A stretch of DNA of 34,930 nucleotides from Methanotrichaceae archaeon (GTDB lineage Archaea > Halobacteriota > Methanosarcinia > Methanotrichales > Methanotrichaceae), in contig CAVWIG010000047.1 of assembly GCA_963754945.1 (NCBI GenBank), forward strand, positions 1-34,930, written 5' to 3'. The translations under genes and the position numbers were made by a program. Positions 1 to 8,053 of the stretch are shown here, piece after piece. The notes under the pieces were generated by a model. The model was not told where the DNA came from, made no database searches, and worked only from the letters and a program-made list of their open reading frames with translations. The first letter of the stretch is position 1. Every line of letters begins with the position of its first letter.

Positions 1-2
1 TA

Positions 3-713
3 CCAAATATCAGCATCTACGCCCTTGGGGTGGATATCTACAATCGCAAACCCACTCAACTTGAGTACGATGACCTCACTTACATATCCAGTGGACAATT
101 CTATTTCATCAACCCGAGCAGCGTTGGGGGTGGAATTTCCAATACTGTCACCGAAATACTACAAAGATCATGTGATAGAATATCCACTCAATCTGTTGCC
201 AAGAATGTAATCATCACCGATAGCATTTACCCTTACCTCAAGGTAACGGGAGCTAGTATAAGTCCAACCATCACAACGCACAATAGCGATGGTACAACCA
301 CCTTGGTTTGGAATCTCGGAGATATGCCGCAGGCCACGACAAATACCATAACCATTAACACCGCATTGGAGTTTAACAAACTGCCCATAGACGTATCCAA
401 TAAGAGGACAGCAGTTAGCTTCAGCCCGGCCATAACTACACCGCCATCACTTGTGACTTACACCGCCATAACTGACAAGGCACGGACTGTCCCTCTCCCC
501 GAGGGTGAACTCTCTGTCTTCTGTGGATCACCTCCCTCTTCGTTGATGGCGAATATTGTAGCGCCTCTAGTCTTGCATGGCCCAGCGACTAACAATACAT
601 CTGCGGAAAAGCCCATAGCAGTTACGAGGACGCCTGGCTTTGAGGGATGGGCAGCAGTAGTGGGATTACTTGGAGTTGTATATCTGTTTAGGAGGAAGAA
701 TGAGGGGGTATAA
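3..713 (+). CDS. 5'-truncated PGF-CTERM cell-surface protein, probably the end of a vWA domain followed by a DUF11-like beta-sandwich
   Basis: The frame is open back to the window edge (PNISIYALGV, resembling the vWA 'IYxIGV' strand, then DDLTYISSGQFYF). NVIITDSIYPYL...TTTLVWNLGD is DUF11-like. The C-terminus TPGFEGWAAVVGLLGVVYLFRRK is a PGF motif + TM helix + basic tail (archaeosortase A signal). Confidence 0.8.
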   Translation, partial: PNISIYALGVDIYNRKPTQLEYDDLTYISSGQFYFINPSSVGGGISNTVTEILQRSCDRISTQSVAKNVIITDSIYPYLKVTGASISPTITTHNSDGTTTLVWNLGDMPQATTNTITINTALEFNKLPIDVSNKRTAVSFSPAITTPPSLVTYTAITDKARTVPLPEGELSVFCGSPPSSLMANIVAPLVLHGPATNNTSAEKPIAVTRTPGFEGWAAVVGLLGVVYLFRRKNEGV

Positions 714-723
714 CCTCCTCATT
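699..723 (+). terminator. Hairpin overlapping the stop codon of the PGF-CTERM gene
   Basis: AATGAGGGGGT-ATA-ACCTCCTCATT forms an 11-bp stem with one G-U pair, followed by AT-rich sequence. Confidence 0.4.
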
Positions 724-804
724 TATATTCTAACATTTCTGGATGCTAAAATCGTCTGCATCACACAAAGTAATTACCTGTAAGTAAATTAGGAGGGAAA
801 TTGA

Positions 805-1116
805 ATGATGCATGATAGGCATAAGATCTACACCCTTTTTATTGGAGTAATAGTGGTAGCAGCCGTTTTATCATGCGGTTGTACTGAACTCGATAAACAA
901 ACAAGATCGGTAGGTACTTCCCTTGCCGGTGGCGAGTTGACTACTCACACTTACCTTTGGGGCGAAGTGGGCTTCCTGGACAAGACATACGACGTCGTTG
1001 TTCGAATCGCAGGTGTAACTGTTGTTGATGTAAAAGGTATTACTCAAAAAGATCTAGACAAGCTTACCCAAACCTATGAATCGATATTGAATAATATTAG
1101 CCCAGCTAAGCGATAG
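805..1116 (+). CDS. Small putative lipoprotein
   Basis: AGGAGGG SD at 791. Basic N-terminus, hydrophobic stretch and lipobox-like LSCGC. Confidence 0.7.
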   Translation: MMHDRHKIYTLFIGVIVVAAVLSCGCTELDKQTRSVGTSLAGGELTTHTYLWGEVGFLDKTYDVVVRIAGVTVVDVKGITQKDLDKLTQTYESILNNISPAKR

Positions 1117-1199
1117 CCAGTGAGGAGCCGGACGAAGTATCCAAATGCGAGAGTTTTGAACACAAGCAAAATGTTGCGTATATAATTTGTGGTATCATC

Positions 1200-2891
1200 A
1201 TGATAACGAATATTAATCATCAAGATAACAATATGCTGATCCCAGCTTTGATTAGGATTGGTGTGACTGGCCATAGAGATCTTAAAGATTCGGAATTAAT
1301 AAGGCGTAGTATAAGGGAAGCTCTCAATGAAATAGAAAATTTAATCAATAATTTAAGATATAATTGTGAATATACATTCTCAATACTTTCTCCACTAGCT
1401 GAAGGCGCTGATCGTCTAGTAGCCGAAGAAATTCTTAAGTGGCCTGGGAAAAAAGGAGACTTCAAACCGATTCTTGAGGCTGTGCTGCCATTTCCCGAAA
1501 CAGAATACATGCTTGACTTTAAGACTGAAGTTTCTAAGAGGGCTTTCAAAGATCTGTTGGATCAGGCGAAATCTGTCAAAGTTCTTACCCAAATAGGGCC
1601 TCGTAATGCAGCATACGAAAAAGTAGGGCGATACATCGTTAATGGCTGCGATCTTTTAATAGCAATATGGGATGGAAGTCCTGGTAAGGGAATAGGAGGA
1701 ACCGATGACATAGTCGATTATGCTCTCAAACGTAAAAGATACATAATATGGATAGACTCCGAGAGGGGAAAAATCAGGGATTATCCAGACATAAAAGCGA
1801 AGCTTAGATTCAAAAGTAATCTTGAATCAATTCTAAATCAGTTAGGTCGCTACAATAACGAACATATAGGCAGAAATAAGTCTAAATTCAATGTAGAAAT
1901 GGATCACTATTGCAATGAACTGATCGGAAATGCAGAGAATAATGGCATTTCTTCCGATGTCCTGAAGCCCATCATAGGGAGACCGATGTATCATTTGGTT
2001 AGGGCTAACATGTTAGCTGGCCTTTATCAAAAGTGCTACAATGAGATAGGATTCATAATCTACCTGTTTGCTGGAGCCTCAGTTCTGATTGTCCCCCTTC
2101 AAATTTTCTTTTTCCAACAATATGATAATTTGCTGTGGTTAGAAGTCTTTTTTATATCAATTGCAGTAATTTTATTTATATTATTAGAAAGATATTCTTG
2201 GCATAATAAATGGATTGAATATAGGCACTTAGCCGAGCAATTACGCGCTGCGATATTTTTCTCGCTGGCGGAAGACGCTAATAATCAGGATATATTTTCT
2301 AAACATGAAATCCCCAAATGTACTGTTGCAGGATCAACATCCTCTATAAGTAGTCCAAATTTTGTGATTAAATGGACAGAGTTAGCCGTTTCATGGATAA
2401 TGTTATCGCGACCTTTATCTCGAACAGAAATTCCAATTGAATCGCTCAGGAACTTTCTATCAGAGGCATGGATTTGTGATCAGCAATCCTATTACAGTAA
2501 TAAATGCCACGAATACCGATGGAAACATCTAGCGCTCGATGGGTTAGGTCTACTATTAATCTTAGCGACCATTTTTGCGGCAATTTTACATGCAAGTAAA
2601 ATTGAAATCCCTCCTCTAGGTCTCCGGGAAAGCCATCTTACTTTCGTAGCAATAGTGCTGCCGATAGCGGGTACAACAATTGCGGGCATTAGGGTCATTA
2701 AGGAATACATGCTTAATGCTGAGAGGTATAGGCATATGGCTAACCAACTCTCTGAGATTAAAAGTGAGATAAAACAAGCGAAAGATCTATCGAGTTTAAC
2801 TGAACTTGCCAAACATGCGCGAGACATTATGCTAGATGAACATGACGAGTGGCGTGTAGTTGTAAGCAGCACCGGCAAGCTCAATTTATGA
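1200..2891 (+). CDS. SLOG (YspA-like) nucleotide-binding domain fused to two SLATT/DUF4231-like 2TM modules
   Basis: SLOG motifs IGVTGHR, SPLAEGADRLVAE, EAVLPF and CDLLIAIWDG...GGTDDIVDYA. Two TM hairpins with SLATT-like signatures WIEYRHLAEQLR, WICDQQSYY and DEHDEW. Alternative start at ATG 1233. Confidence 0.75.
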   Translation: MITNINHQDNNMLIPALIRIGVTGHRDLKDSELIRRSIREALNEIENLINNLRYNCEYTFSILSPLAEGADRLVAEEILKWPGKKGDFKPILEAVLPFPETEYMLDFKTEVSKRAFKDLLDQAKSVKVLTQIGPRNAAYEKVGRYIVNGCDLLIAIWDGSPGKGIGGTDDIVDYALKRKRYIIWIDSERGKIRDYPDIKAKLRFKSNLESILNQLGRYNNEHIGRNKSKFNVEMDHYCNELIGNAENNGISSDVLKPIIGRPMYHLVRANMLAGLYQKCYNEIGFIIYLFAGASVLIVPLQIFFFQQYDNLLWLEVFFISIAVILFILLERYSWHNKWIEYRHLAEQLRAAIFFSLAEDANNQDIFSKHEIPKCTVAGSTSSISSPNFVIKWTELAVSWIMLSRPLSRTEIPIESLRNFLSEAWICDQQSYYSNKCHEYRWKHLALDGLGLLLILATIFAAILHASKIEIPPLGLRESHLTFVAIVLPIAGTTIAGIRVIKEYMLNAERYRHMANQLSEIKSEIKQAKDLSSLTELAKHARDIMLDEHDEWRVVVSSTGKLNL

Positions 2892-3049
2892 GTGAAATCG
2901 TATGCAAAGCAGATCTCTGCCGAAACATTAATATGCAGATCTTTGAACCTTGAGTTAACTCTGTAAAAGACAGATAAATCTGGGTTTCTATTGAGATGGA
3001 GTATCGTGAAATGACCAAGAGGATCAATTCTGTGATGGAGTGAAGGACT

Positions 3050-3697
3050 GTGTCAGTAAAGTACTCCTGTTTCATAAGTTATTGCCACGGTAAGCGGGAG
3101 CTAGTGTCGGAATTTATCCCGCAACTTAAAAAAACTTTGGAAGCCCACCTGGAACCATATCTTGAAGAAGAAGAATTAGAAGTGTTCTGCGACACTGAAG
3201 ACATCAATCCTGGGAATTTATACGAAGAGACTATCGCTCAGGCAATCTGTAATAGTCTTTGCATGATAGTAGTATATTCTCCCAAGTATGAACTTCACCA
3301 ATTCTGCCTTCGAGAGTTTCGAGCCATGGAGATCTTGGAAAAGAAGCGATTAAAACGTTTGGGAAAAAATGTACCTAAGGATTCAGGAATGATAATTCCC
3401 CTTATATGGAGAGGTGATATAGGAAACCTGCCACCAAGAATCTCAAACATTCGGCAACATTGTGATTTTACCAGAATTACTTGTGCGAGAAATCTCAGGA
3501 ATCAGCAAGCGTTAAAGAAAATTGATGATATAGCGCTATATATCTATAATCTATATAAATTTTTTGATAAATGTGGGTGGGATCCCTTCGAGAAATGTCC
3601 CTCATTCAGACTACCCGATGTTAACGAAGTTCCTCCGTTAAGGGATTCAAATAAGCCGCATTCAGCTCCCTTCCCTGGGAGATGGAGTGGTCCCTAA
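3050..3697 (+). CDS. TIR domain protein (TIR_2, FxsC-like) with the catalytic Glu intact
   Basis: CFISY, VFCD...INPG, MIVVYSPKY, FCLREF (WCxxE equivalent), IIPLIW. GTG start preceded by GGAGTGA. Confidence 0.88.
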   Translation: MSVKYSCFISYCHGKRELVSEFIPQLKKTLEAHLEPYLEEEELEVFCDTEDINPGNLYEETIAQAICNSLCMIVVYSPKYELHQFCLREFRAMEILEKKRLKRLGKNVPKDSGMIIPLIWRGDIGNLPPRISNIRQHCDFTRITCARNLRNQQALKKIDDIALYIYNLYKFFDKCGWDPFEKCPSFRLPDVNEVPPLRDSNKPHSAPFPGRWSGP

Positions 3698-5824
3698 ATG
3701 CTTCAAAAAAAAGCAGGCCAAGTAATAACTTTCTACTCCTTTAAAGGTGGAACAGGACGGTCGATGGCTCTGGCTAACGTCGCCTGCCTCTTGGCTCAGC
3801 ATCACATATATGGTGACAAAGGTGTGATAATGCTGGACTGGGATCTCGAGGCTCCGGGCCTGCACCGCTTCTTTCGGGATAGGTTCAACAAAGCCGAAGT
3901 GAAAAGTAAGGATTTAGTCGGCACTATTGAGGAGAGACCTGGGTTGATAGACCTCTTCTGGGAGATGAATAAGGAGCTAGAGGAGCTTTCTCTGTCAGCA
4001 GACAAGGAATGTATAACTGATGAGGATGAGTTCGTAATTAAATTGCTCAATAAAATCGATTTTAAAAGGTTTATTATAGAAACTGATATACCTAATTTAT
4101 ATATCATAAAAGCTGGTAGCTCAGGTGATCAATACTATTCTCGAATGCGCAGTTTCCCTTGGGAGTCGTTTTATAATCGGGCTCCATGGTTGATGAGAGC
4201 CTTTGCTGAGAGGCTATCAGAGCTTTATCAATACGTCCTGATCGATTCGCGCACTGGTCTCACAGATATAAGTGGCATATGCACAAAATTACTACCAGAA
4301 AAATTAGTTCTTGTTTTTACACCAAGCCGCCAAAGCTTAGACGGGGTATTGAATCTTGGCAGATGGGCGACTAACTACAGAATGGAATCAGATGATCTAC
4401 GACCTGTAATAATCTATCCTCTTCCTTCGCGAATAGAAGCTGCAGAACCCGAATTGCGGAGAATTTGGCGTTACGGAAGTGGAGATGAGATCAATGGATT
4501 TCAGCCACGATTCGAGAAACTCTTCGAGGAAGTCTACGAAATATCCGATTGCAACCTCGAACCCTATTTCAAAAAGATTCAGATACAGCATGTACCTCAC
4601 TATGCTTACGGGGAAGAAATTGCAGTACTGGATGAAGAGTGCAAGGACAGATTCTCTCTAACGGAGAGCTACGAGATCTTTACAAATTGGCTTGTGAACC
4701 TTTCAGGACCATGGGAGGCAAAAGATTCTATCAAGGCTGAGCCAAAGACCCTAATCGTAGATCAGATGTGCCGGACCGATTATAAGACGATAGGTGAAGC
4801 CATAATGGCAGCTAACCCTGGAGACGAAATCCTTGTGAGACCAGGCTTATATCAAGAGAGCCTTTTAGTTACCAAACCTTTGGAGATTGTAGGAGACGGA
4901 GATCGTGGTGATATAGTTATAAGGGCTGCAGACGGCAGCGTTATTACTTTCAGGACAACACGAGGTCGAATTTCGAATTTAACACTTCAGCAAGTAGGTA
5001 AAAAGGATTGTGTTGATATCTCAATGGGTAGATTGGATCTCGAAAATTGCGACATAACTAGTCAAGGTTCAGCATGCATTGGTATTAGTGGAGGCGCCGA
5101 CCCTAGGATCAGAAAATGTCTTATCCATGATAGCAGACAGAGTGGAGTCATTATCCATAATAGTAGCCAAGGTACGCTTGAAGACAATGAGATTTCTAGC
5201 AACTCTCTCACTGGAGTGGATATAAAGGAAGGGTCTCACCCCATTTTGCGCCGCAACAAGATTCATAATGGTAAGAATAGGGGAGTCTACATACATGAAG
5301 ATGGAAAAGGACTGATCGAGGAGAATGATATAACCAATAATGTAACTGGCGTAGAAATTAGCGGCGGTGGCAATCCTTTCCTGTCCCGTAATCGTGTTCA
5401 TGACTCTAGAAAAGATGGGATCTTGATTCAAAAGAAAGGCAAAGGTACATTGGAGGAGAACGATATCTACTCTAATGATTATGCTGGTGTGCGGATAAAG
5501 TCTGGTGGCGATCCGCTGATTATTCGAAATAAAATTCGCGATGGAAAAGGCGCCGGTGTATTCATCTTGGAAAAAGGCCATGGAAAGCTCGAAGATAACG
5601 AAATCTTTGGCAATACACATGATGGCATAGCTGTAGAAGAGGCTTATTGTTCAATACATCGAAATAAAATTTATCGAAATGGCTTCCATGGCATACATAT
5701 CCATTTCAACAGCAGAGGTCCTGATATCTCGGATAATGATTTGAGAGACAACCTAAAAGGAGCATTCCTTTTGCCTACTGATCGAAGTGGTTTAAAGCTC
5801 AAGCTATCTAATAACCTCGAATAA
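3698..5824 (+). CDS. ParA/MinD-like ATPase (KGGxGR variant) fused to a right-handed parallel beta-helix (NosD/PbH1-like)
   Basis: VITFYSFKGGTGRSMALANVA, LDWDLEAPGLHRFF, YVLIDSRTG, VPHYAYGEEIAV. The C-terminal half starts YKTIGEAIMAANPGDEILVRPGLYQE and continues with ~23-aa GVxIxxxxxG/PxLxxNxI repeats. Confidence 0.88.
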   Translation: MLQKKAGQVITFYSFKGGTGRSMALANVACLLAQHHIYGDKGVIMLDWDLEAPGLHRFFRDRFNKAEVKSKDLVGTIEERPGLIDLFWEMNKELEELSLSADKECITDEDEFVIKLLNKIDFKRFIIETDIPNLYIIKAGSSGDQYYSRMRSFPWESFYNRAPWLMRAFAERLSELYQYVLIDSRTGLTDISGICTKLLPEKLVLVFTPSRQSLDGVLNLGRWATNYRMESDDLRPVIIYPLPSRIEAAEPELRRIWRYGSGDEINGFQPRFEKLFEEVYEISDCNLEPYFKKIQIQHVPHYAYGEEIAVLDEECKDRFSLTESYEIFTNWLVNLSGPWEAKDSIKAEPKTLIVDQMCRTDYKTIGEAIMAANPGDEILVRPGLYQESLLVTKPLEIVGDGDRGDIVIRAADGSVITFRTTRGRISNLTLQQVGKKDCVDISMGRLDLENCDITSQGSACIGISGGADPRIRKCLIHDSRQSGVIIHNSSQGTLEDNEISSNSLTGVDIKEGSHPILRRNKIHNGKNRGVYIHEDGKGLIEENDITNNVTGVEISGGGNPFLSRNRVHDSRKDGILIQKKGKGTLEENDIYSNDYAGVRIKSGGDPLIIRNKIRDGKGAGVFILEKGHGKLEDNEIFGNTHDGIAVEEAYCSIHRNKIYRNGFHGIHIHFNSRGPDISDNDLRDNLKGAFLLPTDRSGLKLKLSNNLE

Positions 5825-5878
5825 GTGCGTGCGTTTAGAATTAAATAAATGGAGACTCATAGTTAATATCAATCACTT

Positions 5879-7444
5879 CTAATTGACTCCATTATTGATT
5901 AGGCCGTTTTCTTTTAGTACTTTTTCGATAGATAGCAAACGCGACTCAATTGATATTAGTTGTTCTCCAGGTATGATCTCCATATCTGACTGTGATAGAT
6001 CTTCTACTTCTGGAAGGCTAAATATACTTAGCTCATCGTTGAAAATTTGCTTGTTTCCCTTCTCGATTCTTGATAAAGAGTCCTCCAGTTTAGTTAACAA
6101 ACCATTTGGCCCAAAGAAATAGTTCTCAAGGGCTTCTGTAGTCCTTGCTGGCATCTCTGACCTTATTAATCCCGTTCTATTAAATTCTATATATCTGATT
6201 GAATTTTCGATTATCCTATAAATGCGATTTTCGAATGTTCCTTTTATTCTATGATTTCCTGAGGACCCATATGGATTCCTCAACAGAATTAAAATCTCGT
6301 TATTCCCATTTCCTATTTTGCGCCAGACTTGTACGTCTTTCTCTAAAATCTTAGTTTGCAAGGCTATTGATTTTCGAATCGCTTCAGAACTAAGAAAACC
6401 TCTGGCGAAAACATATGCATTATCTGCATTTTTAGGGTCGCACGAGAATAATCGTCCCTTGTTAAGCGCGGATCTAACGAGTTCATCTTCGTGCCCTTTT
6501 TTATCATTATCGATCCAATAGCACGGGACGAGGATTGGTGGAACATTGAGTTTATTCGATTGCTGAAATTGCTCCTTTACGGCAAGGCTAGGGGCATCCT
6601 CTCCAGGATAGTTCCGCTGTGCAATAAGCGGCTTCATAGTTTGATAGATGAATTTATTCGCCTCATTATAATCATATCTAAATTTTTCCATGAGGATCTG
6701 ATTATCCACCAATATAAGGCCGTCAATACCCAACCCAGTTCTCTTTGTAAGGAGATCGTAGATCGAAATGACCGCTCCTAAATCTCTTTTCTCCTCTTTC
6801 GCTCCTTGTTGCTTGTCCTCTCCCTCTTCGGTTAGAATGCCCAGTACTAAGATAGGAAACTCTTTTCGCTCAGCCCTTATGTATCCTGTTATTGGATTGA
6901 TGAAACCAGTTCCGGTGCCTCCGCCTAGAGATACTATGAACAGTATCCCATCACTCAAGCCCGATCTATTTTGGTTCTCTTCAGTTTCTGCTAAGGTGGT
7001 ATATGGGCGTATAATCTTCCATGTATTCCTGAGGATCGGGTTATCAAAGCCAGACTCTCCTATTGCGACTCTTCGCAGCTCTTGATCAAAATCGAATATT
7101 TCGAAAATAGCCTTCAGATATTCTGCCTGTCTAAAGAAACCCTGCTTTTTTAGGTCGTACCCGTATTTATCCTGTATAAGGCGTGCAGTTTTCGACTCCG
7201 TATCGAGAACATCGTGAGGTATAAAGTAGAATGGATAATATGCATTTCCTAGAGAGTTAACTGGTTTAAAAAACTTCGTATTCTCTGTCTCTTGAACATC
7301 TGCCTCAAGCCATAATCCTTTTGCATCACCAAAGCAGATGTAATTTCCTAAATACGAGCTAAAGATAGGAACATCATGGTTCTCTAAGAATATCTCAGCT
7401 ATTTTACCTCCACAACCACCTATCCCTACTATTAAGAGTTTCAT
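5879..7444 (-). CDS. Divergent tubulin/FtsZ/CetZ-superfamily GTPase
   Basis: CetZ-like T1 loop MKLLIVGIGGCGGKIAE, tubulin signature SLGGGTGTG, GLILVDNQ. 521 aa with a helical C-terminal extension. Confidence 0.85.
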   Translation of the reverse strand: MKLLIVGIGGCGGKIAEIFLENHDVPIFSSYLGNYICFGDAKGLWLEADVQETENTKFFKPVNSLGNAYYPFYFIPHDVLDTESKTARLIQDKYGYDLKKQGFFRQAEYLKAIFEIFDFDQELRRVAIGESGFDNPILRNTWKIIRPYTTLAETEENQNRSGLSDGILFIVSLGGGTGTGFINPITGYIRAERKEFPILVLGILTEEGEDKQQGAKEEKRDLGAVISIYDLLTKRTGLGIDGLILVDNQILMEKFRYDYNEANKFIYQTMKPLIAQRNYPGEDAPSLAVKEQFQQSNKLNVPPILVPCYWIDNDKKGHEDELVRSALNKGRLFSCDPKNADNAYVFARGFLSSEAIRKSIALQTKILEKDVQVWRKIGNGNNEILILLRNPYGSSGNHRIKGTFENRIYRIIENSIRYIEFNRTGLIRSEMPARTTEALENYFFGPNGLLTKLEDSLSRIEKGNKQIFNDELSIFSLPEVEDLSQSDMEIIPGEQLISIESRLLSIEKVLKENGLINNGVN

Positions 7445-8049
7445 CTTGCCACCACCTTCTCCACGCGGATAAGGAATGGAGACAACAGTATGACCTCCGA
7501 TACTAGAAGTCCCAGGAAAGCAGCCAATTCTGTTAAGGCTGGCGAGCTGTTAGGATATAAAGTTCCTGCGTAAGCGGAGCAAAATAAAGATACACCTAAC
7601 AACGGAATTGTTCCCATGATAAATTTTTTTGTAGTCCAAGAAATTTCGTAAAAGCTATAAAACCGCGCGAAACTAGCGCCAATTAATCCAGTCACAAGAA
7701 TCACTATAGCGCCAAGTATGAAGAAGCCAAGTGGGCTTGACGCTAAATCTGGAACACGGAAATAGTTTATACTAAACACGGTAGGTGTCAGAAAATAGAA
7801 ATATGCAATTGTCACAAAAAGAAGGCTCCATGCACTGATCGCTATTGCAATGAAATTCGAGCCCTGTGATTGTGACATCACCTCGTAAAGGAGTTCTCTC
7901 GAAATATGGCCTTTGGAGAGGCTTGATATCCTTTTGTAAACTCTTTCAAGATTATATATATGAAGCAGTATACCAAAAATCAAGAATCCCACAACTAGAA
8001 GCAATGTCAGGGGACTCAATAGCATTTGTATTAGACTTTCCAGATCCAT
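7441..8049 (-). CDS. Multipass membrane protein (about 5 TM helices), unknown function
   Basis: Several long hydrophobic segments. Likely ATG at 8049 just after the upstream stop (the track start is 8082). Its stop overlaps the tubulin start (ATGA). Confidence 0.75.
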   Translation of the reverse strand: MDLESLIQMLLSPLTLLLVVGFLIFGILLHIYNLERVYKRISSLSKGHISRELLYEVMSQSQGSNFIAIAISAWSLLFVTIAYFYFLTPTVFSINYFRVPDLASSPLGFFILGAIVILVTGLIGASFARFYSFYEISWTTKKFIMGTIPLLGVSLFCSAYAGTLYPNSSPALTELAAFLGLLVSEVILLSPFLIRVEKVVAR

Positions 8050-8053
8050 GAGA

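Noticed and set aside
2888-3049. Short ORF overlapping the SLOG gene stop (ATGA), in frame with the TIR; possible peptide or decayed N-terminal extension
   Set aside because: Only 21 codons, three stops before the TIR start, and no FxSxx-like C-terminus; probably chance.
3695-3697. Pyrrolysine/selenocysteine recoding at the TIR-ATPase junction
   Set aside because: The codon is TAA, not TAG or TGA.
5069-5620. 183-aa minus-strand ORF
   Set aside because: Antisense to the beta-helix repeats, with no independent evidence.
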